Assembly: GCF_035594765.1 (NCBI RefSeq)
Contig: NC_085841.1
Coordinates: forward strand, 264,646,525-264,710,524
Source of the DNA: Anolis carolinensis
Lineage: Eukaryota
Direction: 5' to 3'
Length of the DNA: 64,000 nucleotides
The first letter of the stretch is position 1; each line of letters opens with the position of its first letter. Positions 47,501 to 61,000 of the stretch are shown piece after piece. Below the pieces are notes generated by a model, which had not been told where the DNA came from, searched no databases, and saw only the letters and a list, made by a program, of their open reading frames with translations. The translations under genes were made by a program, and so were the position numbers.

Positions 47501-50500
47501 ATTTGTCAGTTATTGTGATCTCAGTATACAGGAAGAGGGCATTTTCTTCTATGAAAAACTCCGTTTGAGGATTCCAACCAGACACAGTGTATGTTCTATC
47601 TGCCAAAGTGATAGTCAAATTCTGCAAGGAAAACTATGCGTAAGTAGAAAAACCATTTAACAGAAACTATGAAATAGAAATACAAATTATTACAGTGGGC
47701 CCTGAGTAGATCCAAGAACACTGTCAGTATGTGGTCATTTTCTCCCCCAAGGAGAATGCAACAAAATGTCTAATCAGCTTTTCAAATGAAACAGACAAGA
47801 TAAAGTGGCTATTGTCTTGTGTTGAATTGCTTGCTTGCTGACATTCCACTGTGGAAAAAGTGAGGAAATCTCAGCACTGCATTGCAAGCACTACACATTG
47901 TCCTTACCCCAAGGTGAATCTTGAATGCCCTGGTACAGGTGATTCCAGTGTTTCCACAGACAACATTCTCAGTCACTATTTTAAAAGTGTGGGGAGAGCC
48001 ACCCATGCCACAGCCATCCTAAGGGGAGAAGCACAGTCAGATAATAATTAGATTGATCCAGGTAGCAAAGCATCTGTGTGGATTTAAAATGCACAATAGA
48101 AATTCCTAGGCTTCGAGTCAAACATAACATTAAAATGTTATTGGACTTAAAGGGTTTGTGCAGAGTGTCATGGCTTAATGCCAGATTCAGCTATGGTGAC
48201 CTTAAGTCATGCAATCATCAATTTGAAGACATCTTTTTTGAAGGTCTGTTGCAGTTTTCTAGGGTTAATCATAGAATCATGGAGTTGGAAGAGACCTCAT
48301 GAGCCATCCAGTGCAACCCCCTGCCAAGAAGCAAGAAAATCTCTTTCAAAGCATCTCCGACAGGTGGGCATCCAGCCTCTGTTTAAAAGCCTCTAAAGAA
48401 GGAGCTTCCACTAGGTTAGTGCAAATATAAATGAGATAGGCTTTCTAAGCATACTATAAATAGTTGGAGAGATATTACTTGAGACAGCTGCCTCAGAGTT
48501 TTAGAGATCAGCCCACTGATGTGGGTTAGCTTACTTAATGGACTTTGTAGTTCAGCCTGCTGGACGAAATCAATGCAAGGGAGTGATGTCCTTAAGCTAT
48601 GTGTTTCTGTGACAGTTTGAATACATTTATTATGACATGCATAATAATGATTTTCAGGGGAAACAAGAAAACAGAATAGTGTTAAATTCTTAGATAAAAT
48701 TTTCTGTGGAGAAGTCACATAATTTTATTCCAAAGGGGTGGCAATCTTATCAACAAATGTGCAGTGCATTTTATGAAATGAGAGTAAGAATGGAAAGGAT
48801 GGTGAATAATTTTTCATCCTTGATTAAAAATGGAGTTTCCTGACCATCAGAAATTCTTGCAGAGAAAAATCTGGACATGGCAAGGCACTTGCCTCAGGTA
48901 CTTCTGTGCTGAATCTTAACTCCTATGCCTAAAACAACAGGAAGTAGAGGAAATCTACTCCTAGAAAGGGATACTTACTCCTGTAAGAGTTATCATGGGG
49001 AAAAGGTCTCTCTATTGATGCTTTATTGCCAATCTTTGTGTCCATGACACCCCGAAATGTTCAAATTCCAATTGTCACAGAAACAGAGAATGAGGTGAAA
49101 TCTTCTGAACAGGGGCATAGATTTAGCAAAACAAACATTACATGGGTGTTAACCCTTCTTTATGCTGTTCAAAACTAAAAATGTTTAGCTGGAATTACAC
49201 TTGAAAAATGTACATGTTCTGACTTACATAGAAGTTCAACTTAAGAACAAACCTACAGAACTTATGTTGTCGTTAATGTGGGAACTGCCTGTATATTTGT
49301 TTTAACAAATAGTACATTTGCAAGGAAATCAATCATATTCTGGATTATAATGTACCAATATAATAAGGTTACCATAGCTAAAATGTATTCACAGTTGCCA
49401 TCAAATACAAATCGCTGTCCATCAAATGTGTTGATATGCCCTTCCCCATAGAGACTGCATGTTGATGAGCATTTGGTATTTTGGATACATTTCCATTTTC
49501 CTCTGGCACAGGTGCTGAAGAGGAATAAAAACACTTGTGAGAAACTTACAAAGTTTACTTTCTTCCTTGAGGCCTTTGAGTGATGCCAAATTAATTTTCA
49601 GATGTTACATGTTAATCTTAACTATGTTTTGGTACAAATTTAATAGTGGACAATAGTAGTGTACATAATTAATTTTGTTTTGTTTTTTCTAGGTTTATTA
49701 ATGGCAATTTGAATGGCATACACACACAGTTTGATCAAGGATACTCAAGGGCAGAACCCCAGCAGTCTTACCAGGTCTTGCATTCAGTCTGAATTTGTTC
49801 TCCTTTTTCATATGAGATGCCACCATATTCACAAGGGCACTCATCAGGTGGTACACATGTACCATCCAGTTTCTCATATAGTCCGGCATCACAAACACAC
49901 CCTGACTCACATTTGCTGGGGACCTGGAAAAGAACAACCAAATTCTACATGTTGAAAGCTGAATGTTTAATACACCTGGCTTTATTGAACAACACAGTTC
50001 AGTACTTCTGATCTGCGACATCCAGGGAAACAAATTGCTCTAAGGCAGAGGTAGAAAATGTGCTGTTGCACTGCTTGTCTCATCACTCCTTTTAGTAGAT
50101 ATGGTGACTACGTCTGCCACCCAGTACCTGGAGGTTCAAACAGTCTTCATTTATTGTTCAAGCTCTTGTGCAATAACTGTAAACATCAAACATGATGAAA
50201 TGCAGATAATTTAGTCTACTTTAGAAAGAAAACAGTTAAACACACTCAATAATGTAGTTGTCCTACAGTTATCACAAGGTACATGTTTTGTGAAGCACCT
50301 TGGAGATTCTTTGCTGGGTTGACACCTTCCTTGTATTTTTGTGAAATTAAAAAGTATATATGTTGTTCTAAATATAGTTTTAGGACTGGGTTATGAGATT
50401 TTTTGTCTAAACCTTTGTAATAAAATCACATTTTTAAAAAAAATGCTATTCAGTCAAAGTTCCTTAATTTTTGGGAAGTATAGTGCTGTGGCTGTTTGAT

Positions 50501-52014
50501 TCCATTATGCTGTTGGGAAAATGTATTATTAGTGGAAATATGTCAAAGTAAAGAGTTGTTTAAACATCCTTCCAGTTATGTAGGTGCTATTTCTGAATGG
50601 ATATGTGGATGGAAGGATATAGATAGTGCTACACTTGAACAGTAGCACAATCCCATGCATGCCTACTCAAAGGAATGACAACAAATTCAGTAAGATTATC
50701 TTCCATGTAAATGAGCATTAGATTATGTCCTAAATGATCTAAACTTCTGGTCAGAAGAAATAGTTGCACAGAACTGGCATTCTACCAGGAGTACTAATTC
50801 TATAGAAAACACTCGGGGTGATTGCTTTGTTCACATAATTGGGTAATTTGGGGTCCTTGTTTGTTTTGTGGAACCTGTTCCTAGACAAACAGTTCCTCCA
50901 CATTTGGGAGAGCATTTGTATGTATGTTTATTTGCATGTGTGTATGTTTAGGATCCAGATATTTCTGTTGCATAAGCATTAATTGGGTAATAGCTGTGAA
51001 GTGCAAGTTTAAAAGAAAGATGCATAATGAGACCCGATGTAAGTCAGTTCCCAGTTTGGCATTTTACATATGTATAATTCTTGTTAAGTTTAGTTGAACG
51101 TTCTCCTGGAAAAATGGGGATAGAAGTGTAGCCTCATCTCTTCATTCACAGAGCTCTAATTGTACGTTGGAGCTGGAGAATGGAAACTGGGAAGGAAGAA
51201 TCTCCTTTGTTTGTGATAACCATGTTGCTGCTCCCATAGTGTGTATTCTCCAGAGCTGTCATCTGGCAAAAGTGTGTCTCCCAATGTTGTGGAAGATTCT
51301 CTGTCACATAATGTCACTGTAGTCAGCACGTTTTGGTATTGTGAAGAATGAGCAAACAATTACGGTAATCCCAAATGCATGAATATTCTATTTTTATTCC
51401 TAGTGGAGGAGTTTTTTTTTTTTTGCATTGGCTGCCAAAATGACTTGGTAAAAAATAAATACATTCTATGAATGAAATAAAGCAACTTCTTGCATGGGTT
51501 TGATATCACAGCGATTACTGAAAGTGTATTGAGCTCACACATTGAATTCCAGTAGCCAGCATTTGGCAAGTTGGTGCACATGCAGCTCCGTACTTGCTTC
51601 CTGAGTTGGAGGAACATGAAATGTATTTTTTGGGGGGCCTGCAGTTTTCTAAGGAAGAAAAAAGAGATACACACGTGTGAAGTGATATCTTTGCAACGTA
51701 AGAGGAAGTAGATTCCCCAGGAAAAAATACCATGATATTCATACCTTCAGGATCTATAGGTCTGCCAGTACAACTCAGATTCCCATTAATGCAGTAGCTA
51801 GAAAAGAAAAAGTGTATTAGGGTACATGAAGTAAATGCATGGTGCTAAGTATTCTAATTTAAACTCTGAGCTTGCATAGTTTCCAAAAGAACAGTCTTTT
51901 TTCTTTGGGCTGATGTTTCACAGCCAGGGTTAAACAAACATGTAATTTAATTGACCCAGATCCTTGGGAGGGTATAGTATAGTAAATGAACTAAATTGGA
52001 GTGCAAAGATAATG

Positions 52015-52050
<36 letters not shown>

Positions 52051-55000
52051 TACATTTATATCCCATCCTTCTCACCCCGAAGGGGACTCAGAGTGGCTTA
52101 CAAATTAAATTTACATACAGTATTATTATATTAACAATAGCACAATACTGGCAATAAATTATTATATTGTAGTATATAAATATATTGTAATATTATTAGT
52201 AATATTACATTTAATATATAATATATAATTAATATTATTATAATGTATTATTATTAGTATAATATTGTATTACATTATAATATTATCATTATTATATGTA
52301 TATACAATATATTATATATTCTAGGAATAGTACACACAATAAATTACAAGTACAGTAGAGTCTCACTTATCCAAGCTAAACGGGCCAGCAGAAGCTTGGA
52401 TAAGCGAATATCTTGGATAATAAGGAGGGACTAAGGAAAAGCCTATTAAACATCAAATTAGGTTATGATTTTACAAATTAAGCACCAAAACATCATGTTA
52501 TACAACAAATTGGACAGAAAAAGTAATTCAATACGCAGTAATGTTATGTTGTAATTACTGTATTTACGAATTTAGCACCAGAATATCACAATATATTGAA
52601 AATATTGACTACAAAAATGGCTTGGATTATCCAGAGGCTTGGATAAGTGAGGCTTGGATAAGCGAGACTCTACTGTACCATGTTTTTCCTTCTAGACTTG
52701 CTATGATAGTTTGATAGAAAGAACATGGAAAGGCAATAGATGAAGAGTGTTAAATAATAAATTAACAAGGAGAACATCTAAAAGGATCTTATAGGACCTT
52801 AGAGACTAACTGAGCTAGTATAAACTTTCATAGACTTAAGTCTACTTCCTCATATTTAATGAATGAACTCAGTTAGCATTGACATGGATCGGATTAAGGC
52901 TTTTGCACAAGGTCTGATGGATGATTGGTATATATATATATTTGGTGTTGCATTGTTTTAAATTTTTATATATTGTATTTTACTATGTTATTTAATTATT
53001 TTAACTGTTTTATTCTTATTTTATTGTATTATGATGTACTGGTAGTGATCCTACCAGTTGTGTAAGCCGCCCTGAGTCCCCTAATATGTTTAGCCCCCCA
53101 TATGTTTTACTAAACACATGCTACTAACTTTGTTCTCTCACTTAGTCTCTAACATACTACAAGATCCCTTTGCATGCTGATATTCCAAATAAAGATGGGT
53201 TTGTCTTTGAATTTAATACAGAAATAATCAATATTTAGTTTTTCAGTTTCTATTTTTGATTGTGCTCCATTTATCTCCTTTCCCTGATAAAAAGTATACT
53301 TTCACTTATTACATTTACATCTCACTTTTTCTGTTTAGAAACTCTGGGATATATGTCCTTCAAAATAAAAAGTTCCACCCATGTTTACTTTTCTTGCAGG
53401 ATCTGGAAGAGTGTGCTTTTTAGGAAAGGAAACTTTAATATGCCAAGCAAGCCCACAAAGGTTTGTAATTTTGAACAGATACTTACCAGGTGATTCCACC
53501 GATTATGGTTGACTGGTCTGCCTGAATAAACTTCCTGTCTTTCAAGTAGCAAGGACACTGGGATTTACGGACACACTGATTTCTGTAGTTCAGGTAAGTT
53601 CCTTTGGGACAATTGCAGCCATCAATGGGGATGTCAGCAGAATGGCACTCTAATTCTCGATTGGAAAGGGACAGACATGTCCGATCACAAGCTTGAGTGT
53701 TGTAGCTGAATGTCTGATTACCAGTACATGCAATGGCTAGCAAGAGGAAGAAGAATATAATTATGCTTTGGTATTCAAAAACCTTGTATCCAAATATTCC
53801 TGTGCCACCTTTTGTTGGGTGGAAGGGAGCAGAAACCAAGTAGCTTCTCTGGGAGAGACACTCATACTGATCTTTTACTAGGTGAAGTTCAGATTGTGGA
53901 GCATCTGGAAGATCTTCAGACAGTCCTTGGGGAACAATTAAATTTGTTTTAATCCCTTCAGGCACACTATTCCATACTTAAGTGCTTATTAGAATAGAAT
54001 AATGTGAGTACATGAAACTCACAGTAATTCATCTTTTTGCTCTTTATGAATTTTAAAATAAAATTTCTCATTGTTTGTAAGAGTAAACTGCTCAAAGTGC
54101 ATATCATTAAGCAAATAAAACTAAATGTCTGTATATTTTTATGAGGACTATACTGATCATAGCTCACATAGTGTGATCTTAAATTAATGTTTCCTTAGAT
54201 ATTGCCCAGGACAACATGTGTATTAGACTCAGTAATCAAAATATGATTGTATGAGAAGGATTCTGCCACTTATCATGGGACGATGAAGAGTTGTTTTGCC
54301 CTTGTGCTAGAGCTCGGGAATGTATTTATACTACACATTTACAGCAGTTTTATTGAACTTCAGTTGTCTTAGCTTTGTGTATTCCTACTTTGGCTTTCTG
54401 TATTTGTTGTCTAATCAATCATAGAAGGACTTTAGATTCTGCACCAGAGTGCTCTAATGTCCTCCACTGAACTGTAGCACTAGAGCTGTCTGTCAGAGAG
54501 AATTCAAAGTGCTTAACCACATACAGGATTCCCTAGGAATCATGGTAATCAAAGTAGTATCAAACTTCTGTAAGTGTCTAGATTTTAAGAATCCTACAAA
54601 GTATGATAAAATAGTTAATTTAATTCAAATTGTGCTAATAGTGATGACAGCTTGTACAAAGGCCTGGTAGCAGTTAGAGTGTACTTACTACAGTTGTCTA
54701 CAGTACTCCGCCAGTTCCCAAGAAGCAGTCCCATTGAAGCACATGCGTGAGCGTATGATGCCAGGGCAGAGCAAATGTATGGAAAAGTCTCTTCATAGTT
54801 ACAGGCTTGGTAGACACATCTCTAAAATAAATGACAAGATGTGTTATTTTAATATTATTAGGCCAAAATACTAAGTAGTGGAGTGTAAGGATGGGTTTCT
54901 ACATCCATGGGGACCACTTGTGTGACCCTCACCCCATTTTATTTAAGCTTTGACCTGAATGTTCTGTTTTTAGGCTTTGATCTTTGACATCTTATACATA

Positions 55001-58000
55001 TTCAATAGTTACTGTCTGAAGATTCAGTTATGAAATGATGGCAATGCATGTGTCAAATAGTTATTTACTACTGCATAAATTAGGATAGGTTATCAGTTAT
55101 AACTATCACCTAGGTAGATGGAAGCCATGTTTTTTTCTTTCTTTTCCTTGCTTTGTATTTTATTTTGCATCTTGTATTTTAGTGTTGTATCCCAGCCACA
55201 GGCTGGCCAGATTCTAGATTAAGATGGAGGGGATTCTGGGGATTCTGGATTTGGGATTCAAGATCAGCAGTCTGAGGCAAAAGTTAGCTCAGACATGCAG
55301 TTGCAGGATGAGCTGCTGATCCCAGGAGAAGCAGATAACGGTCAAGCTGACATGAGAAATATTGAGGGAGAGACTGCAGCCTTGGAAAATAATGAGGATG
55401 ACGGTTTAGCTTCTGACCAGCAGGTGCAAGATAATGAGGACTTATCTAGAGAGGACCGTTTGTCTTGGATGGGTTCCCAGGTCCGTAGAAGTGAGCGTTT
55501 GGCATGCAAATGTGAATCTAGCTGTGGGAAGAGGAATGCATTCCTAAGTTGTTATTAAAGTATGCTTTCACAGACTATTCTTTGTCAGTGCAATTTTCAT
55601 CGCTTCATCTGTATGGAAGTTCTACCTAGCCAGCGTTCTTGGATTCTTGGGCCTTGTTCTTTGGACTCTTTGCCTTGTGGTTTATCTTGGATTCTTGGAC
55701 CTTGTTCTTGGACTCTATGGACTAATTCTTCACCTTGTGGATTATCTTGGATTCTTGGATCTTGTGCTTTGGACTCTATGGACTAATTCTTTGCCTCATG
55801 GATTATTGTTCCTGCTATGCTCTTTGAACCCATGGATCTAGCCTTTTGGATTAAATAGACATTTATGTACTTTGTGAATCTCTTGGACCCATTGACTCTT
55901 TCACTACAACTTTGAACTACCTTTTGATTGATTGCTTGATTTATATTCTGCTTTGCTTAATAAAAACTTCAAAAGTCTATCTGTGTGTCTGACTGGGTAT
56001 CTATAGCAAGGTGAACTTAGCCTGAGGTGCGACATTTAGTCTTTTGTAATGTAGTTTAGTTATAAGTAGTTTTATCATCATGTTGTTTGTGTCTATGCCA
56101 TTTCTCTTTATATGTTATTATATACCGTATATACTCAAAGATAAGCTGAGTTTTTTATCTCTTTTTGGGGGCTGAGAAAGCCTTCCCCGGCTTATAATCG
56201 GGTCAAGGTTAAGCCAGCAGTGGAGCCTGGAGGCCACACTAAGTTTTCTTTTCCAAAGCCTCGCTTCTCCTCCCAGGATCGAGTTATCTTATTTTTTAAG
56301 AGAGAGAGGGACAAGGACGGAATGTTTTTAAAAGCGAAAGGAGAGTGAATGATAGAACCCCTTGCAAGCCAGGAAGAAGAAAAAGATTGCATGGTGGAAG
56401 GGGAAGAAAAAGAGAGACTCTTGCAAATTTGCAGGATTTATTATTATTATTACTATTATTGCAAGAACGTTTGAGTCAAAAGGGAGGGAAAGGAGAGCAA
56501 CAGAAGGTGTGTATTTCTTTTTATTCCTAAGGAAACAAAAACGGAGTAGGTTTTTTTGGGAGAGGGAGGGAAGTTTTAAAAAGCCTTTTCTGGATACTTT
56601 TAGAGTTTGAAAGAGGGAGAAATAAAAGAGGTGGGAAAGGGGAGGAGAAAAGAGGCCAAAGTTGTTTTTAGGAGGGCTTTGCTTGCATTTCTTCCTTGGG
56701 CAAATGCATGCCCCAAAGCTTGTAAATAATATATAGATTTCTCCCTACAAATACATGAATTTAATATATGAATTTTCCCCTCATATGTTTGCAGGTCTTT
56801 GAAAATCCTATATACATATAGATATCTAGAGATATCCATGTACCTGTATATCTGTACCTACCTATAAGTATACATTAATTTTATATATGAATTTCCCCTC
56901 ACATGTTTGCAAGTCTCTGTAAGTCCTATAAAGATATAATTCTCTATATATAGAGCAATGTCTAGATCAGGGGTCCCCAAACTAAGGCCCGGGGGCCAGA
57001 TGCGGCCCTCCAAGGTCATTTACCTGGCCCCCGCCCTCAGTTTTATAATATAATATTTTTATATCAGTTTTAATAATATAATATATTGTATATACATATA
57101 ATATTGATTATAATATTATGTTATACAATATAATACTAATAATACCACCATATAATAATATTAATTATATGTTATATATTACATATTATCTAATAGTATA
57201 GTGGTATAGTTCAATATAGTAATCTACAATGCTAATATTGTGCTATGCTAATAATATAATATATTGTACTAGCTTTGTCCGGCCACGCGTTGCTGTGGCT
57301 TATGGGAATCCTTTGTTGGCCAGGTGGAATAGCAGTGAATAGCCTTGCAGTCTCAAAGCCTGGCTGTTTTCTGGAGTAGCTGGAGCTTTTTGTTGTATGA
57401 ACGTAGAGGCATGGATGAGGGGTTGTGCTGCCAAGTTTAGTGTTTCTGGGGTGTGTAGTTTTGTAGTTTTGTCCTAGGCCGAAATTTTATTACGCTTTTA
57501 TATATATAGATGTACATACAGCTGCTCTGAGTCCCCTTCAGGGTAAAAAGGGTGGGATATAAATGTAGTAAATAAATGCAGTAAATAAATATTTAATTTT
57601 AGACTTAGGCTTGGTCAAAGTCTGAAATGACTTGAAGGTACACAATAACAACAATCCTAATTAACTTGACTTTCTCATTGGCTAGTAGCAGGCCTACACT
57701 TTCCATCGAAATCCTGACAGGTTTATGTTGGTCAAAATTGTTTTCATTTTTAAACATTGCATTGTTATTTCGTTGTTGTTGTTGTTGCACTACAAATAAG
57801 ACATGTGCAGTGTGCATAGGAATTTGTATTTTTTTTCAAATGATAATTCGGCCCCTCAACAGTCTGAAGGATTATGGACCGGCCCTCTGCTTCAAAAGTT
57901 TGAGGACTCCTGGTCTAGATAGATAGATATTAATATAGATATAGGCCTTTTAAATATGCACACACACACACACACAGATGTCTAGATAGATGTAAACACA

Positions 58001-61000
58001 GATAAATGGGACTTGCAAATATTGCAGGAGGGAAATGCACATACAGTAGAATCTCACTTATCCAACACTCGCTTATCCAACGTTCTGGATTATCCAACAC
58101 ATTTTTGTAGTCAATGTTTTCAATATATCGTGATATTTTGGTGCTAAATTCGTAAATACAGTAAGTACTACATAGCATTACTGCATATTGAACAACTTTT
58201 TCTGTCAAATTTGTTGTATAACATGATGTTTTAGTGCTTAATTTGTAAAATCATAACCTAATTTGATGTTTAATAGGCTTTTCCTTAATTCCTCATTATC
58301 CAACATATTCGCTTATCCAACGTTCTGCCGGCCCGTTTACGTTGGATAAGTGAGACTCTACTGTATATATAGAGAGGAATTGCAAACTTTTCAGGGGGGA
58401 AATGCAAATGTGAAATTAGTATATATAATTGTAGAGCTATATCTAGCCCTGCATTGTTTATATAGGCATTGAATGTTTGCCTGTTACTATGTTGGAAGCC
58501 GGCCTGAGTCCTCATGGGGAGATAGATAGAGCAGGATACAAAGGAAGTTGTTGTTGTTATTGTTGTTGTTGTTGTTGATGATGATAATGATTATGATTAT
58601 TATAAAGTTATTGTTGGTACCATATTGTTTTTGTTCAGTAGTTCTCAATCACATCATGACAGTAAACATTTGACAGAGGAAGAAATATCCATGTGGCATT
58701 TCAGAGAAACAAAGTACTCATAATTATCTTCTGGAACAGACTCTTCTTCCTATTTCTTTTCACTCTTATGAATGGATTTCCTTGGTGGGGTTGGCTTCTT
58801 CTCTGCCTTATTTGCTTAACATTTATATCCAGAACATGTTTAGCAGCCCAAGCAAAAAAAACAACAACAAACTTATCATAAGGCAAAGGTGGAGACGCCA
58901 ATTTGAGTAGGCTCAAATCCACAGAGTTTCTATGATTAGAAATATGAATATGCTTTCTCTGGCCCCCTTCTTTCAGGAGTAGTGTTACTTCTTTGTTTTT
59001 CTATAAAATGCTGTTGTGTATTTCCTCCTTTCTTAGCTGCTGCCTTGGCTTTCTTTTCATCCACCTTACTTTTCATGTCATATCAAATGGTAGTAGCAAT
59101 AGGCTCCTGACATTAGTAAAGCGAAGGAGTTGTTTTAGGTTTTAGCATGAGCTGTCCAAGGTGCTGAATACATTTTGAGGTTAGGGTTCAGTGGCTCAGA
59201 TAACTTATTTAAAATTTGAACTAAAACTGCCTTCATCAACTGACTGGTATGGAAACCACTTAGCTACTAAAGTCTTTAAACACAAAAATGAGAAAGAAAA
59301 GGTGAACTGATCAGGTTCCAATGAACAAAATATGGGTCTCCCAAACCATACAAATCACCCACCCAATTAAATGTTTTTCTTTTTCAGTCTTTTTGCAAGA
59401 AATCCTTACCTTGTAAAATGGAATAGGATTCACAGCGATATGACATTTTGCAAATATTGTATCCTTCTTTGTAAGAACGGAGCAGTGGGTTTCTGCACAC
59501 ATTTCTAAACAAGAAATACAATCAAAGGTATTAGGAAACTCCATGTATTCACATCACAGGGAAAAATCAATTTAAAATCATTGTGGGAATAGTCTGAAAA
59601 GCGGTAATGTTTTGTAATCATTTTTGTGTTCTGCCTATCCTTTTTTCTGAATACTCATGACTAAGGTTATAATGTTATTTGCTTTTCATGGATATCCAGA
59701 AGGACAAGCCAATCTCATTTAATTTTCATTAACAAATAAAACATGTTTTTCAGACAGCAAGAAATTGCTACCGTTTGCACATTTTGATCCTCTCCAGAGC
59801 AACTTTCTTCTCTCTTTTATGGTAATATCTGAAAGCTCACCTTCTTCCTCTTAACTTACAGCTCACAAAGACTGCTTGTGTAATTTAGCATTAACCGTTT
59901 GCTTGTTTTGATCATAGAATTGGCAATAAAATATTGCTCATTCTGATAAACATTGTATTTGCAGCTACGCTGAAACCTTTTCCCTAAATAACAGAGCTTA
60001 ACTTCCCTAGAGAAGTATATGCAACCACATTTACTCATATCAGTTTTGGGATGAGACTACATGTAGTGGTTTTGAGCATTCAACACAACTTTGAAAATCA
60101 TCTGATTCCTGACTTGGTAAATGAAACCAACTGGGTGATCTTGGGCAAGTTACATACTCTCAGCCCAGAAAACCCCATGGTAGGGTCACCTTAGGGTATC
60201 CATGTGTCAAAAATTAATAGAAGGCACAAAATAATGACTGCTTGAAACAAAAGTCTAGTGTTTGGGGGAGAGTTGTGTTTGTGAATAGTGCAACTTCTTC
60301 CGTGGATTGGGAGTGTGAATCATAGAGCATGTAGGCCATATTTACTCCATGGAGGCCATTTCTATGCACCTTGACCTCTCTCAAATCACTCCTGTACTCC
60401 AGCCTCTGTCAATTAATCCATCCTCCATGTGGAATGAAAGTTCCAACAGCCTCTATGACATGCGATTCTCCTATAGGGCATTGTCTGCACCTTTTTAAAA
60501 GTTTTTTTAGAGGAGGTAACTGTAAGTTCATATGGTTTTCTTATGCCAATAATAGAGGTAATTTTGCAAAATCCTTCAGATGGCTGGAAGGCACACGTGT
60601 ACACGCATATCTGGAAGTGATCTTCTTGTGGTCACTTTCTAGTTTTGCCTAGTACAGTGGTGATAGGTAATTCCCGTTTCTCATCCTCTGCACTTGCCCA
60701 CTTCTACATCCGGTTATAGGTAGGAACACCAGTAAATTAAGTTGTGTTTACATATTCCTGTAGCCATTAAAAACTTCAGGTAAGATAGTATTCAGGTAAT
60801 TTCCACCATATGATGACCCTGTTGTGGGGTTTTCTTGGCAAGATTTGGTCAAATGGGGTATGTTGACCCATTCTTCTGAAGCAGAAAGAGTGTGATTTTC
60901 TCATGGTTACCCAGGGGTTTCCTTAGATGAGCATGAGTTTGAACCCTGGTCTCCCAAAATCCTATTCCAGCACTCGAACTATTACACCATGCTGATTCTC

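Noticed and set aside
48850-49293. Tigger/mariner-like remnant (also 5815-6135)
   Set aside because: Only one plausible terminus is recognisable and boundaries could not be fixed, so it was not listed as a feature.
49420-49460. GDPH autocatalytic cleavage site
   Set aside because: The VWD3 start reads YGEGH, not GDPH.
52140-52320. Extremely AT-rich tract as a regulatory element
   Set aside because: Similar tracts occur within the hAT element (57045-57265) next to the same LINE-like tail; it is repeat-derived low complexity.
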